A stretch of DNA of 64,000 nt. It comes from Octopus sinensis (Eukaryota). Below the pieces are notes generated by a model. It was not told where the DNA came from. It did no database searches and saw only the letters and a program-made list of their open reading frames with translations. The DNA is taken from positions 25,691 to 89,690 of the forward strand of contig NW_021833080.1 of assembly GCF_006345805.1 (NCBI RefSeq), written 5' to 3'. Of the stretch, positions 1 to 13,570 are shown one piece after another (within the stretch, counting starts at the first letter, position 1; each line of letters opens with the position of its first letter). A program made the position numbers and the translations under genes.

Positions 1-104
1 CGGTTCGGCAAAAGAGACTATAGAATAAGTCCCGGGGTCGATTAAAGGCGGTGCTCCAGCATGGCCGCAGTCAAATGACTAAAACAAGTAAAAGAGTAAA
101 AGAG
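1..104 (+). mobile_element. SINE family A, 3' end (cut by window edge)
   Basis: Matches the 3' tail of full copies at 51918 and 56238 (ggcggtgctccagcatggccgcagtcaaatgact...gtaaaagagtaaaagag). Confidence 0.85.
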
Positions 105-295
105 TATATTATTTATCGAGTGGTGGGGTTGATGTAATCGCCTTGCTCCCACCACCTATAAAACAAGTATTGTGCCAAAGCTGCAAGGAATATAACACGA
201 ATACAGGAAGAATATATCGAAAAGGAAGTTATATGTATGAAATAACTATGCTTTTAAGTCTATAATCCATGATTAAGTGTAAAGTTCACAATATA

Positions 296-297
<2 letters not shown>

Positions 298-343
<46 letters not shown>
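298..343. repeat. (ATT)n microsatellite
   Basis: Direct reading. Confidence 0.95.
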
Positions 344-344
<1 letters not shown>

Positions 345-890
345 GATTGAGTGATAGAGCAGCGCATGCCTTCAAAGTGACACAGGGGTAAAATATACAA
401 AGCCCAGTATACTCATCATGACTACTCGTCTGATAAGGGTACACTAGGCACATGCATCACAACCATGTGTGACATGGTGATCTCATATCAAGATAGACAG
501 TGCATGGACTTGCAGGTGGGGCCCAGTTTGAAGTTTCTTCTGATCGAGTAACCCATCCCGCTTAAAAGGTCCCTGATTAAGGGTTGTTTAAGGATGTTGA
601 AAGAACCACCCATGTTTCCAGAGGTGAATTATTCAAACCCCAAAGAATCCCTCTCAACACATGGCTATGATGCTCCCCCACTACTTCTGCTCGTGATCAG
701 AGATGCACATATCGTCAGCCACTAAGGGACATGTTTAACTCGTTTAGGTCAAACAACTGACAAGCAATTCTGTGGTATTGAGCAGAATGTTTGCTGTAGC
801 CCATCTTTTATACCAAGACAAAACAATGTACATGATAACACTTTCAATCAGTTAAGATCAGAAGTAATGAGAGCTACTGCCCGGTACTGC
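344..890 (-). mobile_element. Interspersed repeat, probably a retroposon 3' end with a (TAA)n tail
   Basis: GC-richer block abutting (ATT)n, which would be a (TAA)n tail on the minus strand; recalled as a common octopus repeat, not verified. Confidence 0.45.
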
Positions 891-977
891 ATTTATCATT
901 ATTCATAATTGTATGGAGGCGAGCTGGTAGAATCGTTAGCATTACTATGTGTCTGTTATGTCGTAATACTACACAGT

Positions 978-1359
978 GGAGGCGCAATGGCCCAGTGGTT
1001 AGGGCAGCGGACTCGCGGTCATAGGATCACGGTTTCGATTCCCAGACCGGGCGTTGTGAGTGTTTATTGAGCGTAAACACCTAAAGCTCCACGAGGCTCC
1101 GGCAGGGATGGTGGTGATCCCTGCTGTACTCTTTCACCACAACTTTCTCTCACTCTTACTTCCTGTTTCTGTTGTACCTGTATTTCAAAGGGCCGGCCTT
1201 GTCACTCTCTGTGTCACGCTGAATATCCCCGAGAACTACGTTAAGGGTACACGTGTCTGTGGAGTGCTCAGCCACTTACACGTTAATTTCACGAGCAGGC
1301 TGTTCCGTTGATTCGGATCAACCGGAACCCTCATCGTCGTTACCGACGGAGTGCTTCCA
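978..1359 (+). mobile_element. SINE family B (tRNA-Arg-like head), full length
   Basis: A box tggcccagtgg, B box ggtttcgattccc; 11-bp TSD tactacacagt at 967-977 and 1361-1371. Confidence 0.9.
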
Positions 1360-2445
1360 GTACTACACAGTAGCTGTAGGAGCTACGAAATCCTCTTCGC
1401 CACTGTTATGTCGCTTTTTCGGATGCCTTCTACTCAACTCGACTCCTCTCTACTCTGACCTAGTCTATTTTGTTCTACCGACGTCTAGGCTTCTCCCTCT
1501 ATATCTACGTATTGGGCTAGCCTACTTCATCGTCTGGTGGCGTCCACACAATAGTGTCTATGTGTGTCAAGGTGCGAGGATTAGCGGGTTAGTGTATTTA
1601 ACTCGCGATTGTAAGGTGGTAAGTACGAATCTTGGCGGCGTTTTGTCCTTGATGAATACAACGTATTTCGCCTTGCTTCCTCTCAAATGGAAAAAAAAAT
1701 TCGTCCTATATGTAGTTCAGAGTGTTAACGTTGTCATACACGATGTGTCACGCTGCATGTCCCTGAGTACTACGTCAATATCACGAGCAGCTTGTTCCGT
1801 TGATCGAAACAACTGGAATATCCGTCATTATAACCGAGTGAGTGTTTTGCTATCTATCTATGAATCTATGAATGAATGAATGAATGAATGAATGAATCTA
1901 TCTATCTATCTATCTATCTATTTCTACCTAGGTATATAGAACTTGATGGGATAAGTATTATGTAGGCGATTACCACATCAGTACTTTATGCAGGAACCTG
2001 CATAAATTTAAATAAACGAAGTGCATTTGGTTATATTTCGATCAATCATAAATTGAGCACTGCGCCGATGCAAGTCATGTATATCAACTAGGCTTGCTAT
2101 AATCCCTACAGAGTGAATAATAATTATTTTGATTTAAGAAAAATTAAATCGAATCAATTTTACGTACGTTTCGGTGAACGAACAACATTTAGTTCATATG
2201 ACATACAAAACTATACAATTCATGCAAAAATTAGCATTCGTTCACTTCGTGATAATTATATATGCATATATACCTAACCACGAAGAAACTGTTGATTAAA
2301 TTATTATTACCCTAGATTTTAGCTGATTAGAAATTTGCATCTATAAGATATTCTTGGTAGTCATTTGATTTATAAGTTAATGATCTTTCAAATTTTATTT
2401 TTGGCAATAAAATCTCCCACAAAATTTAGTCTACATCGTATGTAT

Positions 2446-2746
2446 GTTTGTTCCTTCTCGAGCCACGCCTGTCTCATATTGGCAGTTTTCCCTGTTTCCT
2501 TGGCGTATAGGTTCCCCACCTGGACGGGACGCCGGTCCGTCGCAGGTGAGCTGCAAGATGCAGGAGGAAAGAGTGAGAGTAAGTTGTGGCGAAAGAGTCT
2601 GCAGACGTTCGCCATTATCTTCTGCCGGAACCGCGTGGAGCTTAGGTGTTACGCTCATAAACACACATATCGCATGGTCTGAGATTCGAACCTGCGATCT
2701 CTCGACCGCGAGTCCGCTGCTCTCACCACTAGGCCAAGTGCCTCCA
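2446..2746 (-). mobile_element. SINE family B variant with a different 3' tail
   Basis: Family B-like tRNA head and body; 14-bp TSD tacatcgtatgtat at 2432-2445 and 2747-2760. Confidence 0.85.
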
Positions 2747-3225
2747 TACATCGTATGTATACACAAAAGTAAACATGTTGCATTTCTTGAAAATATTATT
2801 CTCGATTTCGATTCCCAGATAGATCGGTAGTGCGTTCTGTTGTTGAGCAAACCGTTTCATTTCGCGTTGCTCCAATCCTCTCAGCTGTAAAATGTGTGCG
2901 CCTGTGACGGCTGGCGTGCCGTTCAAATGTATGTTAGAATGCCCGCCTAGCCAGTGGACTGGGGTCATTCAAACACACACCCATGCGAGGACGCGCACTA
3001 TGTATAACAACAACCGACTGTCTGCTCAACACAGTAATACCTTTTATACAACATCTCACACGCTTCAAAAGTTGACGAGTATACTAATGGTACTAGCAAG
3101 AGGTTAATCTATCATTGCGAGATAAACAAAAGGCAAAATTCACCAAGTACGATTAAAAAAGAACGAAGTCAACGAATTCATATGTAGCACATGTTATAGG
3201 AGTGAGAATAACTATCATAGATTAA

Positions 3226-3403
3226 TTTCATCTGCCGTTACGTTCTGAGTTCAAATTCTGCCGAGGTCGACTTTACCTTTCATCCTTTCGGGGTCGATGA
3301 ATTAAGTACCAGTTACGCACTGGAGTCGATGTAATCGACTTAATCCCTTTGTCTGTCCTTGTTTGTCCCTTCTATGTTTAGCCCCTTGTGGGTTATAAAG
3401 AAA
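3226..3403 (+). mobile_element. SINE family C, 5'-truncated
   Basis: gagttcaaattc...gtcgacttt.cctttcatcctttcggggtcga body; 13-bp TSD tatcatagattaa at 3213-3225 and 3406-3418. Confidence 0.85.
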
Positions 3404-4079
3404 CATATCATAGATTAAATTTATCCCTGCATATAATAGCTACACGCAAATGGCTTATATTTTATTGTTACAGGAGGGGCAGAATGCGAAAATAAAAATA
3501 AAAACGCTGAAGAGGATTCGAAAGTGGAAGGACGAAGTTTGAATAAATACAGCAATTGATTTTGTCAGTCACAGTACAAGGTATTCTTCCTTTCCTTTTC
3601 CCTTTTTTTTTTCTTCGTCAACCTACTGCCCTAGTTGTGAGGTAATCACTTCTGGTTAAGTAATCTATTAGTGACGTCACACAGAAGCAATATTTAACTG
3701 ACACCGTAGATAGACGGGAAGTAAAAACGTACAATAATTTAGTATTAATTTCATCAACCAGAAAATTCTAACACATTTAATTTGATGGGAATCTCTGTCG
3801 ACTGCACCATACATGAAAAGTTACTTCACCAGACACACACACACGTTATATATAACATACATACATACATACACATAAATATATATATATATATATGAGG
3901 ATGTTTGTTTATGTTCGGGTCAATATGTATGTGTGCATACACTTATGCATATGAGAAGAAATCATTTTATTTGTCTCACTGGTTTTCTCCCATTTTCTGT
4001 TTCAATCTATTTTCCGTCTTTTTCTTTCTCACATTACTGACTCTCTCACCATTTTGCTTCCCCTCTTTTTTCTCTTTGG

Positions 4080-4107
4080 ATATACATATAAAAAAATATA
4101 TATACAT

Positions 4108-4151
<44 letters not shown>

Positions 4152-4554
4152 ACACACATACATACATACATAATACATGCATACATGCATTCATACACAT
4201 AGATATACATATAGGTGTACATATATATACATATACATATATATTTATATGTATATATATATATAGAGAGAGAGTAAAGAAATATATATATATAGAGAGA
4301 GAGATAGATGTAGATATAGATATAGATATATGTATATATATATATTATATATATATATATTATATATATATATACACACATATACTAAATAATATACTAT
4401 ACATATATATATATATATGTATGTATATACAGATATATGTAATTTTATATATATATATTATATATATATATTATATATGTATGTATATACAGATATATGT
4501 ATTTTATATATATATATATATTATATATTATATATGTATGTATATATATATGTA

Positions 4555-4588
<34 letters not shown>

Positions 4589-4607
4589 ATTTCTATATGT
4601 ATGTATG

Positions 4608-4672
<65 letters not shown>

Positions 4673-4675
4673 TAT

Positions 4676-4735
<60 letters not shown>

Positions 4736-4760
4736 GTAGAGAGACAGACAGACAGATAGA
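4080..4760. repeat. Compound (AT)n/(AC)n/(GATA)n microsatellite
   Basis: Direct reading. Confidence 0.95.
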
Positions 4761-5905
4761 TATACTTATACACTAACATTCAAAAAATATACAAGCTATC
4801 AAAAACAACAGAAATAATCGTCATCCGATGAAAAAAAAAGAAACAAAAAAAATCAAAAACCAAAAACATACAATATAAAAAAAACCAACCAACAACACCG
4901 AATTGGAAGACGTATTTTTGGCCGATCCTTGAGAAAATTTGTCTGGGACACGACGAACGTAAGGCGACATTTTCATGACTATAATGTCAGAGGTAGAAAA
5001 AGGCGTATAGCCAGCCCCACAGAATCCAAAACCTTAACAAGTTTGACAACATAACTTCCTCCCTCACATTTGTATTTTTCCTTCTTTCTTTTTTTTTTCC
5101 TTCCTCTTTTGTTTTTTTGTTGTTTTTGATGTTTTTGTGTTGCTTTAGTTTCGTGCATAAAAAGGAAAGGGAGACAATTATATAAGCGTTAAAATGCAGA
5201 AACCTTTCACATATTTTGTATCTCTTTCTCCCTATCTTTCTGTCTGCCAATGTCTTTGTATCTCTCTGTCTTCATCTCTCTATCTGTCTATCCGCCTGTC
5301 TGTCTGTCTGTCGCTATCTGTCTGGGCATCTCATTCTCTCATCTCTGTCTCTCTACGTAACTATCTTCTTTTTGTTTTTTCCGTCTAGTTCAAAATATAT
5401 AACCTTACTAAATTTTGTTTTCCTCCTTTCGCCGACTGCTCCCAGAAATTTGGATGAAAAAGCAAAATATTAAGTAACGAAAAAGAGCGATGGAGTATAT
5501 ATAGAATGAGAGCGATACAGATATTTCGAGTGATAAAGACTGAAAGAAAAAAACAGAGAAAGAAGGAAAGAAAGAGAGAATGAAAGAAAGAATGAAAGAA
5601 AGAAAGTGAGGATTGACGAGATTTTGGAAAGAAAGAATGCTCTGTTCCATAAACATAAAGAGATTCTTAGGAACATTTGAGGAAATTTGGTTAGTTTATA
5701 TGAATGTATCGTAAGATATGGTGGAGGCTTTGAAGCCAACAACGGCATTGGTGTTGTAGTGGTGTCGATGGTAACGATGAAGACAACACGACGACGATGA
5801 TGGTAATGATGATGATAACGATGACGATGACGACGACGATGATAAGTGCAATACTGGAAAAGTTGTGAGATTGATGGCGTGTTGATGAAGATTATGACCA
5901 ATTTG

Positions 5906-6325
5906 AAGGCGGCGAGCTGGCAGAAATGTTATTACGCCGGCCGAAACGAAATGCTAAGCGGTATTTCGTCTGCCGTTACGTTCTGAGTTCAAATTCCGCC
6001 GAGGTCGACTTTGCCTTTCATCCTTTCGGGGTCGATTAAATAAGTACCAGTTACGTACTGGGGTCGATGTAATCGACTTAATCCGTTTGTCTGTCCTTGT
6101 TTGTCCTTTCTGTGTTTAGCCCTTTGTGGGTAGTAAAGAAATAGGTATTTCGTGTGCCGCTACGTTCTGAGTTCAAATTCCGCCGAGGTCGACTTTGTCT
6201 TTCATCCTTTCGGGGTCGATTAAATTAGTACCAGTTACGCACAGGCTCGATATAATCGACTTAATCCATCTGTTTGTCCTTGTATGTTCCCTCTATGTTT
6301 AGGGCCCCCTGTGGGCAACAATGAA
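5906..6325 (+). mobile_element. SINE family C with an internally duplicated module
   Basis: Head aaggcggcgagctggcagaa followed by two copies of the gtatttcgt...ccccttgtgggt module. Confidence 0.85.
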
Positions 6326-6430
6326 ATAAATATCATACAATGATGCTGAGGATAGCGATGACGATAATACTAATAATGATGATGGTGACAACGATGATGG
6401 TGGTGTTGTTGTTGATGATTTTAAAGATGT

Positions 6431-6817
6431 GTGGAAGCACTCCGTCGGTTACGACGATGAGGGTTCCGGTTGATCCGAATCAACGGAACAGCCTGCTCGT
6501 GAAATTAACGTGTAAGTGGCTGAGCACTCCACAGACCCGTGCACCCTTAACGTAGTTCTCGGGGATATTCAGCGTGACACAGAGAGTGACAAGGCCGGCC
6601 CCTTGAAATACAGGTACAACAGAAACAGGAAGTAAGAGAGAGAGAAAGTTGGGGGCGAAAGAGTACAGCAGGGATCACCACCATCCCCTACCGGAGCCTC
6701 GAGGAGCTTTAGGTGTTTTCGCTCAATAAACACTCACAACGTCCGGTCTGGGAATCGAAACCGCGATCCTATGACCGCGAGTCCGCTGCCCTAACCACTG
6801 AGCCATTGCGCCTCCAC
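6431..6817 (-). mobile_element. SINE family B, full length
   Basis: Reverse complement of 978-1359; 11-bp TSD tttaaagatgt at 6420-6430 and 6818-6828. Confidence 0.9.
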
Positions 6818-7069
6818 TTTAAAGATGTAACGATAATGAGGATGCTGGCGATAATGAATATAATTAGTAAAAGAAGGAGAAAGTTGTTGCAAATATTTTT
6901 CTGCAGCCATTGCTCAAAACCGACCGTGATGACTTCTATGGTATGCGAAGTCAATCGTAGAACTGCAATATGATCCCGAGTTCCAAATACATTTAACCCT
7001 TGTCTGATTGAAGACCACTTTGAATACATGTTTTGTTGGAGATCACCAGTAGCTCTGTCGACGATATCT

Positions 7070-7678
7070 CTGTCTACATGCAGTACCTCATTCTAGTAGA
7101 AGGCTACACTGTACTCATGCTTCCTTAACGACTAAACTGTACCTCTGTGTTATTACAGCACACTATACTTTTGTCTAAAAGCCACAGCGTCCCTCCGTCT
7201 AACTGAAGAACACTGTGTACCTCTGTTTTATAAAAGACAACATTGTACCTTTACTTTTGCAAAGGCAACATTGTGCATTTTAAAGATCACACTGTACTTT
7301 ATCTAATTAACGAGAACATAATTTAGCTCTGTTTGATTAATTAATTTAATTAAAGGTGCATGTATGACTCCTTAAAGACCACACTGCGTCTCTGTTTATG
7401 TAAAGAACCATGTGATCACGTCGTCTCGTGACTGACCAGACTATCAGTTGTTGCTATACATCGTTGGTCACGATGCGCTTTGTATCGTCTTAGCCTTCGA
7501 ATGTCGCCACCCCACTGGCTAGGTGAGCAGGTCAATTTTGCCCCTGATCGAAAGGGAGGACGTGAAGTGAAGTGTTTTACTCAAGAACACAAAGCGACGC
7601 CCGGTCTGAGAATCGAACCCATAATCTAACGATCGTGAGTTCAACAGTCTAAACAATGCCATGCGTCTTCACACACAG

Positions 7679-7747
<69 letters not shown>

Positions 7748-8110
7748 CGCATGCACGCATATGTATGTATTTATATGTATATAATGTGTAACTATACTTT
7801 TCGTCGATAAATATCAAATTATATCGGTGACAAAATCGAAAATCAAGTGATTTACCGAAAGAAGTCCCTTGAGATAGTTGTTCCTCATCGAGTTCCATAC
7901 CTCTTTATTCTTTCTCTTTACAAAGAATAACACTGTATTTATGTCTAATTAAAGACCACACTGTAATTGTTTAACGCACTGACTAATTAGAGACTATACT
8001 GAACGGCTGACTAATTAAAGGATACCTTATACCTCTGACTGATAAGAGACCATTTTATGTATGTCTCACAAAAGATTACGTTCTACCACTTCCTTAATAA
8101 TTACACTCGT
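7070..8110. repeat. Degenerate ~28-30-bp minisatellite field
   Basis: Recurrent variants of taattaaagaccacactgtacctctgt, interrupted by a SINE and (CA)n. Confidence 0.55.
7410..7673 (-). mobile_element. tRNA-derived SINE family E (CORE-like body)
   Basis: Minus strand head gtgaagacgcatggc...gggttcgattctcagaccgggc followed by gtgttcttgagtaaaacacttca. Confidence 0.7.
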
Positions 8111-9794
8111 ATCTCCGTTCAATTAACACCTCTCTCCAAACACTCTGTTTAATAAAAAAAAAAAACCCAAAACCCCCAAAAAGCACAGAAAAAGAAAAAA
8201 TGCCACACCGTACCTCCCTGTAATTAAATACTACTTCGTCCCATAATGAAAACCACAATCTGCACTGATCAATCTAATATATTGTTTAGGACGTTAATCT
8301 TGTTTTCTCTGTATTGGACTAGTATGAGGACAAAATGGTCATAGTGTATGTGTGTCATTTTATATTTCCTCACTGTGTCTTACATGTGTGCTGTGAATGA
8401 TGGCTAAATGTTGAAGCATTTTTGTCTTCTCCGTAGATCTAGTATGCTTATATAAGTTTATAATTGCAACGGTTTCTAATATTTGATAGGTATAGTTTTG
8501 TTGATAAGGCAGGAGATAGCGATTGTGTTAGGTACTACTTTTTGTCCGTTTGGCGCCAAGTTTCTAGGTTGTTGATATCGTAGTTGTACAGCTATATCTG
8601 GGGAACGGTGGGAGGAAATAACTGTGACAGCTGGCTATTACGGATGTAAAATACCGATCGTATACAGAATTCTTAAAAACAGTAAGATCTTTGTGGCATA
8701 CGTACGGTGAATTAGGATATTCTAGATAAGTTGTGATGCATTTTGTAGAAATGACATTTGTATAAGATGGCTTGCAGTGAGACCGAGCCCGTGACCTCGA
8801 GTTTGCAAGGCAAACATCTTAACCACTTACTAGAACGTTGGGTCTATCCACACATTGTGAGTAATATAGGTGGACGGAAACTGTATGGAAGACTCTTGGG
8901 TTAGTTTAACTGCAATTCAAATTGTCCATGTTTGTCATATCCTGTCTCATGTTGATACTGTTTGAGAATTATTTTGAGGGCACCAAAATGTCTGGAATAT
9001 TTAGCCACATACATGTTAATTCAGGAGCAGATAATTTGGCTGAATACATAACTGAATACTCATCGACGAACGACAGAGATCCATCATAATCATATGACGA
9101 TGTCTTGGTAATCTGAAAGGTAATTTATTAAAGAATGTTTAGGGTTTTGTGTTGTTTTTGTTTAATGCTAGGTTGGCCCTGAATAAGCCGGCCAATGATC
9201 AAAGACGGTTTTGCTGTAAGTACACCATCTTTCTATCAGGAATTGTCCACATCAGACTACAATTATCCCATGTTTAACCCACTGAACTCTGGAGCAAGTA
9301 TGTAGAGGTTTAATCATCGTTTGTTTGGTTCTCTATTGTTATCCAAGTTGTGTATTTTGTTGTCTTTCTTGGTTGAACTCATACTCTTTTGATGAAAAAT
9401 ATTCGCTAACTTATCATTTCTTTATTGAAGACAATAGGGTGTGTTGAGGCATATTACGTTGTTATTTCTAGCAAATCGAGTGACTACATCGGTAACGCGT
9501 AATTATATAGTTCGTAAATCCTGGCGTAGATTTCAGATGATATTCGTGGTCTCAACAATTGCTTCAAAGGGTCTTTACGCATTTTATGTGCAGAGGAATG
9601 TGTAGAGGAGTGCATTGGACTGTAAGACTTTTGGAATTCTAAGTTACCGTTTTTGTTACCTCGTAGAACGAAGGATTTTTAGATAAGTTTTTCTCAAAGT
9701 AAGCACGACCGCACCGTGGGGGTTGGTGGAAAATTTTACATGATTACTGGGCACGAAAATAGCAGTAGATTGCAGATAGTGGTGAAAGTTGCAT

Positions 9795-10214
9795 CTCTTT
9801 ACTCATTACTCTTTTACTTGTTTCAGTCATTTGACTGAGGCCATGCTGGAGCACGGCCTTTAGTCGAGCAAATCGACCCCGGGACTTATTCTTTGTAAGT
9901 CCAATACTTATTCTATCGGTCTCTTTTGCCGAACCGCTAAGTGACGGGGACGTAAACACACCAACATCGGTTGTCAAGCAATGCTAGGGGGACAAACACA
10001 GACAGACAAACATATACACACACACACATATATATATATATATACATATATACGACAGGCTTCTTTCAGTTTCCGTCTACCAAATCCACTCACAAGGCAT
10101 TGGTCGGCCCGGGGCTATAGCAGAAGACACTTGCCCAAGGTGCCACGCAGTGGGACTGAACCCGGAACCATGTGGTTGGTTAGCAAGCTACTTACCACAC
10201 AGCCACTCCTGCGC
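9795..10214 (-). mobile_element. SINE family A, near full length
   Basis: Reverse complement of 51918-52332, with internal (TA/TG)n. Confidence 0.9.
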
Positions 10215-10864
10215 ATCATTTAATTTTCAAAAATATTCCTTAAAATTTTTATTCTGTTTGAGAATCTGTTGTTAATATTAGTTTTAAATATGGGAATGTG
10301 GCCAACAATTAGAGGGGGGGTCATAGGTTGATTGGATCAACACTTAGGACTGAACTGGTACTTATTCTTTCGACTCCGAAAGAATGAAAATCAAAATTGA
10401 CCCCGGCGGATTTTGTATTCAAAACATAAAAACGGACGAAAAGTCGGTAAGCATTTTGTCCGGCGTGCTAAATATTCTTATTGCACGTCACCTTCGATTT
10501 CAAGTTTCAGAAGGCCAGCTATTTTATAGGAGAGGTGAGTCGATTACATTTTCCCCAGGACTTGACTGTTCTCTTTTTTATTTATCGGTCCTGAAAAGAT
10601 GTTTACCTTTCCGGGTCGACGGAATTTGAATTCAGAAAGTACAACCGGAAGAAAAGCCGCTTAGCATTTTGTCCCCTGTGCTAACGGTTACTCTAATATT
10701 ACTTTCAACTTTTGATACAAGACCAGCCATTTCGGTGGTGGAGATCCAATAAATGTTTATAGAATTTTTACTCTAACCGTCCTTACTTCTCTGAAGTTAT
10801 CCTTAGCCTGGCAGTGACAATAACAATTTGTAACTGTGGATCAGGTTTATTTATTTATTATACA

Positions 10865-11271
10865 TTAGCTGTATCGCCCGGCGTTGCTCGGGTTTGTAAG
10901 GGAAATAACTATATAAGCATTTTTAGAGATGTAAAGTATAATAGCCATCTCAATATGGCTAACCACAAGGGGGGGGTGTTACTGTAGCTGTTTACGTTCT
11001 GAGATTTAATAATAAATTTTTAGAGAGTTACTTCCCTTATATATGCCAAAAATGCATTAAAAATGGGAAAAATTGATGGTAATTTTTTTTTTAAATCGTA
11101 GACTCATCGTAGACTCATCGTAGACGCGCGCTAATACCCAGAAGGGCTCGATATGAATCATGACTATAAGATACCCGGTTTTGGTTAAACTGCACCGCAA
11201 AATGTGGGAGTAGTTAGGAATCTAAATCGTAGGAGACAGACAGCACACAACCTCACTTTTATATATAAAGA
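10865..11271 (-). mobile_element. Non-autonomous Helitron-like element
   Basis: Minus strand starts (A)TCTTTATATATAAAAGTG and ends with hairpin CCCGAGCAACGCCGGG followed by CTAA (CTRR terminus). Confidence 0.7.
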
Positions 11272-12764
11272 TTTTAATTGATATTAGTTAGCAAATGATA
11301 TTTATGCGTCCGACATACAAAGGAATAACAACAAAGATCGGCTCAACGGAATTTGATCTCAAAACATTAAAGAGGACAAAGAGTATTATTGTAATTCTTT
11401 GTAATTCATCAAGAACTGCTCGTTAATTAACCGAAATGAACTTTTACCACACAGTCTCTCTTTGCCTCTCACTCACTCTTCGTATGTGTGCGTGGGTGTG
11501 TATGTCCCGCGCGCGCGCATTGTGTATATGTTTTTTTTTATATGTTATTTGTTTTAGTTCTGACACTGCGGCCATGCTGGGGATATCGATTAGAAATATC
11601 CGTTGTTAACTATTTCTGGCACATTGGCTTCTTCCTCTCATATTCCATTCTTAACCGCTCTCTTTCTCTTCCCCCTCACGCTCTCTCCACTCTCCCATTC
11701 ACCGGTTTCTCTCTTGGTTTGTCTCTCTGGTCCTTGTAATACCCTCAATCCGATATCCATCTACATACACAATTTATGCTTCATCTCTGAAGCAATTTGT
11801 TAATTGTCCTTTAATTTCAGGGGATACTGCGACGCGCCAATCGTAGTGGGGGAAACTTTGTAAGGAAACGTATCAGGGAAACTCAGTTTGAAGTAAATTC
11901 AGTGCAGGTTCCTTCGATGGTGGTTCGAGGCCGAGCGATAAAGACCCCAGTTAAAGGAAATAAGATCTCCCGATGGTACCATATTCTCTTTCCAGTATAG
12001 ATGGCAATTCAAAAACAGGAGGAAGACACCCAAGTGTCTCGACCTAGGGTGGACCCAGCTCTCTTTGAGTGCCAGGAACTAACAGGCCGAATCACTTACT
12101 TGAGGTGAGCTCTTCCTTTGAAGATTTTCCCATGCGGTTAGCTTGCCCTGTAGCGAGGTTCCAACAACGAAAGACAGAACAAAACATTATAAAATAAAAA
12201 TACAAAAATGAAAAACGAAAAATAATATTAAAGTAAAACTAAAAAGTAAAAATGAAAACAATTAAAGATTTAAGAACATCAACTTTTATGCATAAACATA
12301 GATAAACAATACATTTACATTTGTAATAATAAAAAAAAAACAATTCCTTGTTATCAGTTTTTAAAAACTATATCTGGTTCTTGTTCGACAAAATATAAAA
12401 CATACAGGTTATCTTTTGTCTCTGTCTTCGTTCAATGTACACACTTAATCAGTAGAAAGCGCCAGTTTTCGGGTTAAATTCTAGTTCTTTTATGTTCTGT
12501 TCCATTTTTTGTTTTCGATCCATTAGCTCAGATCAGGGCCAATGGTCGTAGAATTATCATCATATTTCAAAAGAAAAAAATAAAAACAAAAAAATGTCGT
12601 TCAATGATATTACAATGGAATCTATCAGCACCAACTCACCTACATGCTACAAGTTTATTTCTCGTATCGGTTCTAAGAATTTCTCTTACTTAGAAAAAAG
12701 TTTTAGTTACTACTATGCTTCTGTTTAATATTGGTCAAAATAAATATTGATTTGAAATTTTGGT

Positions 12765-12965
12765 ACTAGGCCAGCAGTTTCACGGGGAAGAAGTAAGTCG
12801 ATTACATCGACCCCAGTACTCGATTGGCACTTATTTTATCGACCCCGAAATGATGAAAAGCAAAGTCGATCTTGAGAGAATTTGAACTCAGAACGTGAAG
12901 CCAGACAAAAAATACCGCTAGGCATTTCACCCGGCGTGCTAACGATTCTGCCAGCTCGCCGCCTT
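12765..12965 (-). mobile_element. SINE family C-related copy
   Basis: Ends ctgccagctcgccgcctt, the reverse complement of the family C head. Confidence 0.8.
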
Positions 12966-13046
12966 TCATGGCCTATATACGTATTGGGAAATTGGTCTGC
13001 CGGCTAACTGCTCCAGTCACGTTCTACATGTATAGAAAGAATGCAG

Positions 13047-13083
<37 letters not shown>

Positions 13084-13206
13084 ATAAACAGAGACAAAGG
13101 AATATAACATAAAAGGTGTATCTTCCTTTGCTTGTTTCAGTCACTAGACTGTGGTTAGCCTGAGACACCGCCTTGAAGAACTGTTGGTTGAACGGGGTAC
13201 ATATTC

Positions 13207-13570
13207 GGATGTAGAGGGTTTGTTGGACACAGTGTGAGACGACTGTTGTTATCGCTAGGCCTAACTCATCGTAAAGTCAATACCACCATGACCGATATCC
13301 AATCTACAGTGGAGAAGGCTAGCCACTGGATTTGGTTAAAAAGAGACGATGAGCGATGGCTAGAAGAATATTGAGCTGTATTGAATAACCAGCTGATCTA
13401 GCGAGTGGGGCTTCATATCAGTGAGGGGCGCCGTGCGCATTGATGCCGTCGAGAGGTAGGCCCCGAAACGGCGCGCATTCTCTGCTGATGACCCCATACA
13501 CTTGCTGGCTTCCGGTATACGGAGATTTTGACTGGTAGCACTTGCATGTTCAAGTTGAATGCAAGACATA
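13207..13570 (+). mobile_element. 3' end of a HERO-type (R2 superfamily, restriction-like endonuclease) non-LTR retrotransposon
   Basis: 13207-13374 reads GCRGFVGHSVRRLLLSLGLTHRKVNTTMTDIQSTVEKASHWIWLKRDDERWLEEY*, matching the EVGCRGF...SxWxWLxR C-terminus recalled for HERO ORFs, followed by a GC-rich 3' UTR; second copy at 51320-51707. Confidence 0.75.

Noticed and set aside
981-1055. tRNA-like sequences with A and B boxes
   Set aside because: SINE heads followed by SINE bodies and TSDs, not stand-alone tRNA genes
1060-1311. Recurrent MVVIPAVLFHHNF ORF (also at 14287, 32737, 35372, 61602)
   Set aside because: Read-through of SINE family B copies
13405-13500. GAAAC and CTGATGA in the HERO 3' UTR as a hammerhead
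   Set aside because: The flanks needed for stem II do not pair (cccc against cccc), and the alternative core reads TCAGTGA with no valid cleavage triplet
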